Origin: an uncultured Fibrobacterota bacterium
GTDB lineage: Bacteria; Fibrobacterota; Fibrobacteria; UBA5070
Assembly (NCBI GenBank): GCA_903825275.1
Contig: CAIKAA010000431.1
Location: 1 to 54,975 of the forward strand
Length of the DNA stretch: 54,975 nt
Direction of reading: 5' to 3'
The notes beneath the pieces were generated by a model. It made no database searches. It was not told the origin of the DNA and saw nothing but the letters and a program-made list of their open reading frames with translations. A program made the translations under genes and the position numbers. Positions 35,022-43,568 of the stretch are shown one piece after another (the first letter of the stretch is position 1; every line of letters begins with the position of its first letter).

Positions 35022-35074
35022 AATATGCCGGCACTTTTAGGCCATTTCGCCCTGAATATGCCGGCATTATTGGG
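35022..35074. repeat. Two 20-nt direct repeats, each with a TGCCGGCA palindromic core (REP-like)
   Basis: AATATGCCGGCACTTTTAGG (35022-35041) and AATATGCCGGCATTATTGGG (35055-35074) share 17/20 identity. They lie in the convergent intergenic region between the hydrolase and the GH5 gene. Confidence 0.7.
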
Positions 35075-35148
35075 AAATCCTGCTCTCCCTGCCTCTGGTC
35101 CTGGTGGAACAGGTCGCTCGGATCGTCCGAGAAATCGCCTAAAGGCCT

Positions 35149-36921
35149 TCAGTTCCCCACAACCAGTTTGCGCACTTCGCGACCACCGGGGCCAGTGACT
35201 TCCCCAAACAAAATCCCTTTGGCATCCAGTTCGATTTGGGCGCGGCTTCCGCTAAGCGCGCATTGGGCAATTCGTTTGCCGCGAACATCGCGCACCGTGA
35301 GAATCGACCAATTTCTGTCAAGTCCGCCCAAGTTCAAGACATTCCCCCTGACGCTCCAAGAAAGCCCCTTTGCCCGCGAAGGCGTGAGCACGCCGTCGAG
35401 TTGGTCGTTCAACTCGATCCAATTCACGTTGAACAACCCCGTCGTTGCCGTAGGTGAGCCTTGGAAAGCCAGGCGAAGATGCGCTATTCCGACAGGAAGC
35501 GTCACTGGATGGACGCTGTCGGTCACCGTAGTCCAGGTATGCCAATCCCCCGTAAGTGGAACCGGTACGGTCGCCAGAACTGTCCCCGTGCTGGATTTCA
35601 GGATCAGGTTTCCGCCGGCCCCCGCGCTGGCTACCCGAGCATGGAAGTAGAACGGTCCCGACGAAGCGACCTTCACGACATAATCTGTCCAATCGCCGTT
35701 GTCGATGTACCCGACATCATCGGTGCCATCGTCGTCGCCACCGGCTTCGTTTTGGATTCCCGACATGTTCACGAATCCTTCCGCCTGCAATCGGCCGGGG
35801 AAGCTGGCGGTGTCGGGTTTTACCTCTGGCGGTGGATCGGGGTAGACGTAGCCGAAATCCGCATTGGCAGCCCGGATCTGGTCGCGCACCCAAAGACCGG
35901 AGGGCGAAAGGACGGAATCTGGCCACCAACCCTTGGCACCCGCGACGGGCAGAAGCGCCGCCGAGGATTCCGCTTTGTTCATGACCGACCAGTTGCACAG
36001 GCTCAAGTTGTTGGTCTTGGCCCAGTTCAACCAGGTCTGGGTGGAGGTCAAGTACAACTTCTTGTCGAGCCCACCGCCGCCATCCGCGTTGGTCGTCCCC
36101 CATTCCGAAATGAACAAGGCCAAGCCTGCATCCAGGGCGGCATTGCCGTCGAGGCGCAATTCGGTACCGTGAGTCCCTGCGTAAAAGTGCAGGGTGTAAG
36201 CGATGTTCGAGTAGCTGTCGTTCAAATAGGAACCGATGGCCTCGGAAGGGTGTTGGTCCCAACTGCTGTTGGGGATCAAGACAAGATTGGCGGTGTCGAT
36301 GGCGCGGATCGCACCGACCACCGTATCGGCATAGGCCTCGATGGCCGGCCAGGCAATGGCCTCGGAGCCGGCGGGATTTGTCTTGGTCGGAGCTTGAGCC
36401 CCCATCGGCTCGTTGTAGATCTCGTAGATGATGTTGGGGTACTTGCCCCACTTGGTTGCCATGCGCTGGAAAAACTGGACCGATTTGGCGGTGTGGTTCA
36501 CGGCGTAATGGTCATGCCAGTCGATGATGACGTAAACGCCATAATCGATGGCCGCTTGGATCACGCTATCGGCATAGGCCAGATTCTTCACGTCTCCCTT
36601 GTTGGCGGAATCGAGGTAGTTGCCACCACCATCCACACCGATGGACGCGCGAATCACCGAGATATTCCAATCGGAAGCCAGCCAACCAACCGTATGCCGG
36701 TTGTAAAACTGTCCGGACCAGCCCGACCAAAACATGCTCATCCCGACCAGCTGGGTGGGTTTGTTCTTTTGGTCGACCAGCGTGAGATGGCCGTTTTTCT
36801 TGAGGTCTGCTTCATGCAGGAATCCATGGACATCCACGGGACTTCCCGCCGGTGCCGCCAAGGTTTGGATTGCCGAGGCCGCCCATGCCACCCCCGCCAA
36901 CCGCCAAATGCTCCCGCCCAT
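35149..36921 (-). CDS. Secreted GH5 endoglucanase - CBM6 - Por/T9SS-like C-terminal domain
   Basis: AGGAGA Shine-Dalgarno 5 nt before ATG 36921 and signal MGGSIWRLAGVAWAASAIQTLAA. GH5 motifs IYEIYNEP (acid/base) and FISEWGT (nucleophile). CBM6-like GRLQAEGF ... GYIDNGDWTDYVV ... NVNWIEL. The last roughly 75 aa, ...ILTVRDVRGKRIAQCALSGSRAQIELDAKGILFGEV...KLVV, are beta-rich like sorting domains. Confidence 0.85.
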   Translation of the reverse strand: MGGSIWRLAGVAWAASAIQTLAAPAGSPVDVHGFLHEADLKKNGHLTLVDQKNKPTQLVGMSMFWSGWSGQFYNRHTVGWLASDWNISVIRASIGVDGGGNYLDSANKGDVKNLAYADSVIQAAIDYGVYVIIDWHDHYAVNHTAKSVQFFQRMATKWGKYPNIIYEIYNEPMGAQAPTKTNPAGSEAIAWPAIEAYADTVVGAIRAIDTANLVLIPNSSWDQHPSEAIGSYLNDSYSNIAYTLHFYAGTHGTELRLDGNAALDAGLALFISEWGTTNADGGGGLDKKLYLTSTQTWLNWAKTNNLSLCNWSVMNKAESSAALLPVAGAKGWWPDSVLSPSGLWVRDQIRAANADFGYVYPDPPPEVKPDTASFPGRLQAEGFVNMSGIQNEAGGDDDGTDDVGYIDNGDWTDYVVKVASSGPFYFHARVASAGAGGNLILKSSTGTVLATVPVPLTGDWHTWTTVTDSVHPVTLPVGIAHLRLAFQGSPTATTGLFNVNWIELNDQLDGVLTPSRAKGLSWSVRGNVLNLGGLDRNWSILTVRDVRGKRIAQCALSGSRAQIELDAKGILFGEVTGPGGREVRKLVVGN

Positions 36922-37028
36922 GCTATCTCCTGTCTGTCCAATCAAGACCGGCACAAAGAATACACGGTCGGTTTATCGCCAAAAGGTTTATGTCACCAGC
37001 CATCAGCCAAGGGTTCAGATCCAATCCG

Positions 37029-37487
37029 TCACGCCTCGAATTGTTTTAGGTGATGGTGGATGTGCTTCCAGGTGAGGATGCCGCGCTGGGCCCGGGTCAT
37101 GGGGCCAAAGGCCGGATGAGGAGCCATGGGTCGATCCTTGGGCCAGATGGCCGATTCTTCCAACAGAGCCAGCGCACGATTCCTGTCCCGTTCGAATTCC
37201 TGGGGGTGCGTGCCTTCCCGGTTGGGGTCCAAACGTGGCGAAGTCGGGGCGCCTTTCGGCATGGGCAGCACATGAAGCACCAAAAACTTCACGACGGTAC
37301 GAAACAAGAAGGTGCTGCGGTCGATGTCCTCTCGACGCCCAAGGCTTTGCTCCATCCCATCGCCGATGTGGCAAAGCATCCCACCGACGGTGAGGGACCC
37401 CCATTTTGCGGGGCTGTCCGGGCTCAACTTCATGATCCGCTCCGACAAGGCGGCGCGGCACTTCTCCTCCAAAATGGACTTAGGCAT
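37029..37487 (-). CDS. DinB-like / DUF1569-family protein
   Basis: 152 aa, helical, ending WKHIHHHLKQFEA, as in DUF1569/DinB-fold proteins. Confidence 0.55.
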   Translation of the reverse strand: MPKSILEEKCRAALSERIMKLSPDSPAKWGSLTVGGMLCHIGDGMEQSLGRREDIDRSTFLFRTVVKFLVLHVLPMPKGAPTSPRLDPNREGTHPQEFERDRNRALALLEESAIWPKDRPMAPHPAFGPMTRAQRGILTWKHIHHHLKQFEA

Positions 37488-37583
37488 GGTCGACTCCTGT
37501 AAATGGGCTGGCTAAGGAGCGAGTGCGAAATCCGCAACCCTTGCCTGGCAAAGTGGATGGGGGTCCAAAGACCTTTGTGGATT

Positions 37584-38294
37584 CTAGCATACCGTTTCGG
37601 GCAGCTTCCAATCGATGGGTTCCCGTCCGACCTTGACCAAATATTCGTTGGCTTTGCTGAAAGGTTTGCTTCCCAAAAAGCCGCGGTAGGCGGAAAGGGG
37701 CGATGGATGAACCGAGCTGATCACCCCATGGCGAGACAAATCAACCCGTTCGGTCTTCTTGCGGGCCGGAGCACCCCACAGGATGAACACCATGGGCTCG
37801 CTTCGAGAGGCCAGCAATTCCACGATTTTATCGGTGAACTTCTCCCAGCCTTGGTTTTGGTGCGACAAGGGCTGGCCAGCACGCACGGTCAAGCAGGTGT
37901 TGAGCAGAAGAACGCCTTGGTGGGCCCAGGCCTCCAGACTTCCATGGCGGGGAATCGCAAACCCCAGATCGCTGTGGTATTCCTGATGGATGTTGACCAG
38001 CGAAGGTGGCTTGGGAATTCCTGCAGGTACCGAAAAACACAACCCGTGGGCTTGGCCCGGGCCGTGGTAGGGGTCCTGGCCCAAGATGACTGCGCGAACC
38101 TTGTCGAAGGGCGTCGAATCAAGGGCTGCGAAAATCCTGGGTCCGGGAGGATAGATGGGGACGCCGCTGGCTTTTTCCTCTTGCAAAAAAGCTTTGAGCT
38201 GCCCAAACCAGGGTGTGGCGAAGGTTTCTTCGAGGCGAACTCGCCAGCTCTCTTCCAGTTTGGGTTTCGCCTGTGACTCCGACATGGACCTCAA
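37584..38294 (-). CDS. ung: Uracil-DNA glycosylase, family 1
   Basis: ILGQDPYHGPGQAHGLCFSV and VHPSPLSAYRGF motifs. Confidence 0.9.
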   Translation of the reverse strand: MRSMSESQAKPKLEESWRVRLEETFATPWFGQLKAFLQEEKASGVPIYPPGPRIFAALDSTPFDKVRAVILGQDPYHGPGQAHGLCFSVPAGIPKPPSLVNIHQEYHSDLGFAIPRHGSLEAWAHQGVLLLNTCLTVRAGQPLSHQNQGWEKFTDKIVELLASRSEPMVFILWGAPARKKTERVDLSRHGVISSVHPSPLSAYRGFLGSKPFSKANEYLVKVGREPIDWKLPETVC

Positions 38295-38381
38295 ATGTAC
38301 GTCGCGAAGGGATCCGGGGGTGGCGTCTGAACGTTTCTCGAAAGTTTATAACGAGGGTAGATTCAAGCTAGGACAGCCCTG

Positions 38382-38588
38382 ATGAAGCAACTTGTCCAAC
38401 ATTTGGGATCCCTTCCGGATTCGCAACAAGATGTTTTGGCCTCCATTTTATTGGAAGAATTGGAGGGCGAAATGCGTTGGGATGGATCGTTTGAAAAGAG
38501 TCAGGACACGCTTTCCTCACTCGCCCAACAGGCTTTGGCGGATCATGAAAAACATCTGACGGTTTCAGGCGGTTTCACACAAGTCTGA
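38382..38588 (+). CDS. Small antitoxin-like protein (68 aa), no partner toxin
   Basis: MKQLVQHLGSLPDSQQDVLASILLEELEGEMRWDGSFEKSQDTLSSLAQQALADHEKH... follows the LP-x-x-x-Q...ILEEL...RWD..F..SQD.L..LA..AL pattern of antitoxins that usually precede RelE/ParE toxins. Assignment is from memory, not from a search. Confidence 0.45.
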   Translation: MKQLVQHLGSLPDSQQDVLASILLEELEGEMRWDGSFEKSQDTLSSLAQQALADHEKHLTVSGGFTQV

Positions 38589-38621
38589 AATCCTCCGCCC
38601 CCGGACGCTACCTTTCCTTTT

Positions 38622-39962
38622 GTGAATTCTATCGAGAACTTGTCTCAAGACAGCTTAGGTCGGCGCTATTTCCTGGAAACCTATGGCTGCCAGATGAACG
38701 AATACGACAGTTCCTTGGTCGCTGGGCTTTTGGAAGCGCGTGGCTACACCCCGACCGATGACCCGGGAGCGGCCCAACTCATTTTGGTCAATACCTGTTC
38801 GGTGCGCGACAAGGCCGAAGAGACGGCTCTCGAAAAACTGCGGTCCATTGCCCACCATCGCCGCCGGAATCCGGCCGTCCGCCTGGGTGTGCTGGGGTGC
38901 ATGGCCGAAAACCGTCGCGAGTCGATTTTGGAACGGATTCCCGAAGTCGACATCCTGCTTGGGCCCGACCATTACGACCGCCTGGGAGACTTGCTCGACC
39001 ACCCCAATCCTGGCCAGAAATTGACCTCCGCCCTGGGACCCGACATCGCCCAAACCTACGAAGGGCTGTTCGCGGCCGCACCCGCAGGAAGTTCGGCCTT
39101 TGTCGCCGTCCAACGCGGTTGCGACATGAAGTGCAGCTATTGCATCGTGCCCACCACACGCGGCCCCGAACGTTCGCGACCGTTGCGAGATGTGCTGGAA
39201 GAAACCCGTCGGTTGGTGGCCAAAGGCGTAGGGGAAGTGACCCTCTTGGGCCAAACCGTGAACGCCTACCGCGCCGACGACGGAAATTTCGGAGAGATGT
39301 TGAGCGCGCTGGACGGCGTACCTGGCCTGCGACGCATTCGCTTCATGAGTCCGCATCCGCGCTACTTCACCGAGCCATTGTGCCAGACCATGGCTGGCCT
39401 GGAGCACCTTTGCCACCACATCCACATCCCGTTGCAATCGGGGTCCAGCCGCGTCTTGCGCTCGATGCGCCGCCAATACAGCCGCGACCAATTTCTGCGC
39501 ATCGTCGACCGGATCCGCTCCCACCTTCCCGAAGTCGCCCTGACTACCGACATCATTGCCGGCTATCCGGGAGAAACCCAAGCCGAACACCTCGAGACAA
39601 TTTCCGTCATGGAGGCGGTGCGCTTCGACACAGCCTACATGTTCGCCTATTCCCCACGGCCAGGCACCCTTTCGGCCGAAATGCAGGAAAACCTCTCGGC
39701 CGAAGAAAAATCGGCAAGACTCGCTGAAATCATCGAGGTCCAACGCCGCCACACCTACGAACGGCTTGATTCCTGCGTGGGAGCCACCCAAGAGGTGATG
39801 CTCGAGGGCGCCTCGCGCCGAAACGGCGAGGAATGGATTGGAAAGACCACCCATTTTCGCAAAGTCGTCCTCAATCCGGGACCCGAGGCCCGGGCGGGAC
39901 TTGTGGTCCAGGCCAAAATCATCGCACGCCGCGGACAAATCCTGTGGGGTGAGCTCGCGTGA
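38622..39962 (+). CDS. miaB: tRNA-i6A37 methylthiotransferase
   Basis: GTG start. ETYGCQMNEYDS, radical-SAM CSYCIVPTTRG, and a C-terminal TRAM-like segment. Confidence 0.85.
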   Translation: MNSIENLSQDSLGRRYFLETYGCQMNEYDSSLVAGLLEARGYTPTDDPGAAQLILVNTCSVRDKAEETALEKLRSIAHHRRRNPAVRLGVLGCMAENRRESILERIPEVDILLGPDHYDRLGDLLDHPNPGQKLTSALGPDIAQTYEGLFAAAPAGSSAFVAVQRGCDMKCSYCIVPTTRGPERSRPLRDVLEETRRLVAKGVGEVTLLGQTVNAYRADDGNFGEMLSALDGVPGLRRIRFMSPHPRYFTEPLCQTMAGLEHLCHHIHIPLQSGSSRVLRSMRRQYSRDQFLRIVDRIRSHLPEVALTTDIIAGYPGETQAEHLETISVMEAVRFDTAYMFAYSPRPGTLSAEMQENLSAEEKSARLAEIIEVQRRHTYERLDSCVGATQEVMLEGASRRNGEEWIGKTTHFRKVVLNPGPEARAGLVVQAKIIARRGQILWGELA

Positions 39963-40801
39963 TGACCGGTTCCCGCACCTTGGTTGTCGTCGTATTGCGG
40001 GGAATGGATTGGGAATCCTCGCCCGTCGCTCAGTCCCTCGCCCTAGCAGGGGCACCACTTGCTGTGTGCGTGTTTTCCAATGGCAACTCGAAGCTTCCTC
40101 CGGTGGAAGGACTCATCGAGTTCTCGAGGGAAGACGAAACCAATCCCGGGGTCGGGCCGCGGTATTTGCAAGCGGCGCGGCTGGCCGACGAACGAGGCGA
40201 TTCCTACCTGCTCTTGTTGGATCAAGACTTCCAAGCCGAATTGGGATGGTGGAATTGCTACGAGGTGGCGGTGGCGGTGCACCCCTACGCCGCCTGCTGG
40301 GCCCCAAGACTTTATCACAACAAAATCCGGCTATCGCCCTTTTCGGTGAAGAACGGGTACCCCCGAAGGAGTCAGCCCCTTTCTGAGGGTCTGCTCGAAG
40401 CCCGCACCCATGTCGCGTTGAACTCGGGCCTCCTGATCCGCACCGAATCGGTGTTGATGGCCTCTCACGAATTGACCCAGGCCCCCCTCGATTTTTCCGA
40501 TTACGCCCTCTTCCACCGCCTTGGTCGCGCCGGAGCATCCCTCGCTGGTGTCCCTCTGGACTTGAACCACGATTCTTCGACCCATGCCAAAACAACTCCC
40601 GAAGCCCGGCTCGAACGGTTCGCCTGGTTTTGCTCGGGGGGCCGCGCCTATTGCAAATTGGATCCATTGCACGCTTGGTCGTTGTGGAGATGGACCTTGG
40701 GTCGCGCCTTGAAATTGGCCTTGATCCATCGCAATCGTCAGTTTTTGTCCACTTGGAAGCGCCACTTTGTGGATGCCAAGCCTCCGCTGGGATCGACATG
40801 A
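39959..40801 (+). CDS. GT2-like glycosyltransferase (divergent)
   Basis: Start overlaps the miaB stop (GTGATG). VVVVLRG ... LLLLDQDF (DxD) ... LNSGLLIR pattern of rhamnosyltransferase-like GT2 enzymes. Confidence 0.55.
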   Translation: MMTGSRTLVVVVLRGMDWESSPVAQSLALAGAPLAVCVFSNGNSKLPPVEGLIEFSREDETNPGVGPRYLQAARLADERGDSYLLLLDQDFQAELGWWNCYEVAVAVHPYAACWAPRLYHNKIRLSPFSVKNGYPRRSQPLSEGLLEARTHVALNSGLLIRTESVLMASHELTQAPLDFSDYALFHRLGRAGASLAGVPLDLNHDSSTHAKTTPEARLERFAWFCSGGRAYCKLDPLHAWSLWRWTLGRALKLALIHRNRQFLSTWKRHFVDAKPPLGST

Positions 40802-41508
40802 TTTCGGTGGCGATGGCGACCTGCCAAGGCGAGAGATGGATTGGCAAGCAACTTCAGTCCATCCTCGATCAATTGGAGGCCCACGACGAGATCGTGGTCG
40901 CCGATGCCCAAAGCACCGACCGCACCTTGGAAATCGTTCGCGACCTTTGCGGCGACAAGGCTCGCCTCTTCACGGGGATCCGACGAGGCGATGTCCCTGC
41001 GACGTTCGAAGTCGCCTTGTCCGCCTGCAAAGGCAATTTCATTTTCCTCTCCGACCAGGACGATGTTTGGCTTCCTGGAAAAGTCGATGAGTGTTGCGAC
41101 GCCCTGAGTGGCACGAAACCGCTGGTCCTTCACGACGCGAGAATCCTCGGTCCCGATCAACAAATTTTGTCCGAATCTTTTTTTCGATCGCGAACAATTG
41201 AAACGGGCTTTTGGCACAACCTTTGGCGTCCAGGTTTTTTGGGCTGCGCCATGGCCTGCAAACCCGAACTTCTTTCCAAAGCCCTTCCGTTTCCCGCCTC
41301 GCTTCCCATGCACGATTGGTGGCTGGGACTTTTGGCCGAACGAACCGGCGGAGTGGCCAGGATCTCGAAGCCCTTGATTCATCATTTGCGTCACGGTTCG
41401 AATGCAAACTTTGATCCAAACGCAAGTCCGTACTCTTACGTCCGACGAATTTCCTTTCGCTGGAGGATGTGGCGTGAGGTCCACCAACGATTGAGGGAAG
41501 CGACATGA
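40798..41508 (+). CDS. Glycosyltransferase family 2
   Basis: MISVAMATCQGERWIGKQLQSIL ... FIFLSDQDDVWLPGK. ATGA overlap with the upstream gene. Confidence 0.75.
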   Translation: MISVAMATCQGERWIGKQLQSILDQLEAHDEIVVADAQSTDRTLEIVRDLCGDKARLFTGIRRGDVPATFEVALSACKGNFIFLSDQDDVWLPGKVDECCDALSGTKPLVLHDARILGPDQQILSESFFRSRTIETGFWHNLWRPGFLGCAMACKPELLSKALPFPASLPMHDWWLGLLAERTGGVARISKPLIHHLRHGSNANFDPNASPYSYVRRISFRWRMWREVHQRLREAT

Positions 41509-42392
41509 ATTTCCCCCTCGTCTCGCTATTGTTGCAGAGCTACAACCACGAACGATTTCTCGGCCAAAGCGTGGGGACCGCCTTGGATCAAACCTGGCCT
41601 CACAAGGAAATCTGGGTGGTGGACGATGGCTCGACCGATGGATCGGATCGCGTGCTTTCCGAATGGAGCGTTCGCTCGGGTTTTCGGTACGATCGCCAAG
41701 CCAACCAGGGATTGATCCCCACCTTGAACCGCATGATTTTTGAATCTCGCGGCGAATTCATCGCCCTCCAAGCCACCGACGATTTTTGGCATCCCGACAA
41801 AACTCGTCGCCAGGTGGAATTCCTCCTGGCTCATCCTGAAGTGGACGTTTGCCTGACCTCCACCGTCTGTGTCGATGGCGAAGGAAACCGATTGGGAAGT
41901 CCGAGCCAATCCTTTCTGACTCCCTCGAAGGCTGGATACGGTTTCGAAGCGTTGTTTTTGGGAAAGACCGGAATTCCCTGCGCTTCCGCCTTGCTCCGAC
42001 GGTCCGCCTTGGAGAAGTTTGGCCCCTACGATCCCGCCTACCCCATCGAAGACCTTTGGCTGTGGCTTCGGCTCACCCGGGCGGGCGGAACCATCGCCTT
42101 TCTTCCCGAAGAACTCACGTCCTACCGGCTCCACGGAACGAACCTGCACTCCAAGACGGCGTTCATGGAACGAGAAATCCTGCGCATTCTGGCCTGCCAC
42201 GCGGACCACCCACTTTATGCCAGGGCCCTGCGTCGCTGGAAAGCCGCGTTTTTTTCCCAGTGGGCCTTGGCGGATAAACGTGAAGCTCTGCGGCGTCTAC
42301 CCGGAAGTTCTCTTCGCGAGGACCAGACGCGCAAAGGTCTTTTCAAGCTGTTGATCCCCGAAGCCGTATGGAAACTCTGGAAGCAGACCTGA
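41505..42392 (+). CDS. Glycosyltransferase family 2
   Basis: VSLLLQSYNHERFLGQSVGTALDQT ... VVDDGSTDGS ... ATDDFWHPDK. ATGA overlap with the upstream gene. Confidence 0.8.
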   Translation: MNFPLVSLLLQSYNHERFLGQSVGTALDQTWPHKEIWVVDDGSTDGSDRVLSEWSVRSGFRYDRQANQGLIPTLNRMIFESRGEFIALQATDDFWHPDKTRRQVEFLLAHPEVDVCLTSTVCVDGEGNRLGSPSQSFLTPSKAGYGFEALFLGKTGIPCASALLRRSALEKFGPYDPAYPIEDLWLWLRLTRAGGTIAFLPEELTSYRLHGTNLHSKTAFMEREILRILACHADHPLYARALRRWKAAFFSQWALADKREALRRLPGSSLREDQTRKGLFKLLIPEAVWKLWKQT

Positions 42393-42398
42393 CTCAAG

Positions 42399-43565
42399 TC
42401 AGATTTTGACTTCGCCTTCGTTTTTCGAGACCGCCCATGCGAGCAGCCCCAGCACCAAGGCCGAATTCCAAAATGCCACTTCGAAATAACCGCGGTGGTC
42501 ATCCCTCCAGCTGCCATCGCTGATGATCGGCACCAGCAGCGTAAGCATGGGCACCAGCACAACCAAATAGGCCACCAGAAACTTGTCCGAAGCCTTTTTC
42601 AATGCCGCTCCAATCCACGGAGAACAAGCCAACACCGTCAAGGGAATCAAAGGCGATTGGATGGCGCCCTGAAATCGAAGCGGATTCCAATCCCGAAACA
42701 CAGGCCATCCCCAAACCAAGATCAGCAAGGCGAAGGGTAGGACCGCCACCAAAAAGGCGATGCCCCCCCAAATACTGGCGTCTTTCCAGCGCTTGCTTGC
42801 CAAGAAGACAGATCCTGTCCAAACCAAAACCGGAGCAACGAAGCTGGCACGCGTGCAAAGGACCATACCGCCCAACACGGCATTCTTGACGATCGACGAG
42901 GTCTTGTGGCCTGGATTGGTTTGCAAAAACGCTCCCACCAACGCCGCATTCGCCACGATATTCGATCGAACAACCACTTCATACCAGACCGGAAGCGACG
43001 TCACCAACGCCCAAACCAAAAATGGCCGCTGTCGATTTGGAGTGACCCAAACAAGCAAGGCGAGACAAAGAAACGGAAACAACCCGATTTCGCCCGTCAG
43101 CCAAGCCGGAATGCTGATCAGATAGAGCCAAGGGAAGGGAACCGGCGGAGGAACATTGTAGCGAGACGAAGCCAGATAGGGATACTCGCCATGAAACAAC
43201 CGATGGAGGAAATTGGTCATCAGTTCCCAACGATCTACGCGCACCGACTCGATCGGAATTTTTGCCCAAGAATAGATGGCGATTCCAACCGCAGCCAAGG
43301 CAAGCCCCTTCCACGTGCGGCGAAGCCACTTGTCAGGAAGCAGGCACAGAAACGGAATCAGTGCCGAAAGGATGCATAGAACGACGAAGCTCCCACCTTG
43401 TTCCACACGACTCAGGTAACGAAGTGCCGTATCCAGATTCGCGACAACAGAAAACGGCAAAACAGAGAGAACGATGCATTCCCTCCATGGGATCCTTTTC
43501 GACATCGGCCTAAAACTTAGGTGACCGAAGGGACCCCAACAAGGTTGCATCCGTGAGTTGACCAT
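42399..43565 (-). CDS. Polytopic membrane protein, GT-C/GT87 (DUF2029)-like or polymerase-like
   Basis: Roughly 10 hydrophobic segments, with a GEYPY...Y..PP.PFPWLYL loop reminiscent of GT87/DUF2029 enzymes. Alternative start at 43505. Confidence 0.5.
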   Translation of the reverse strand: MVNSRMQPCWGPFGHLSFRPMSKRIPWRECIVLSVLPFSVVANLDTALRYLSRVEQGGSFVVLCILSALIPFLCLLPDKWLRRTWKGLALAAVGIAIYSWAKIPIESVRVDRWELMTNFLHRLFHGEYPYLASSRYNVPPPVPFPWLYLISIPAWLTGEIGLFPFLCLALLVWVTPNRQRPFLVWALVTSLPVWYEVVVRSNIVANAALVGAFLQTNPGHKTSSIVKNAVLGGMVLCTRASFVAPVLVWTGSVFLASKRWKDASIWGGIAFLVAVLPFALLILVWGWPVFRDWNPLRFQGAIQSPLIPLTVLACSPWIGAALKKASDKFLVAYLVVLVPMLTLLVPIISDGSWRDDHRGYFEVAFWNSALVLGLLAWAVSKNEGEVKI

Positions 43566-43568
43566 TTA

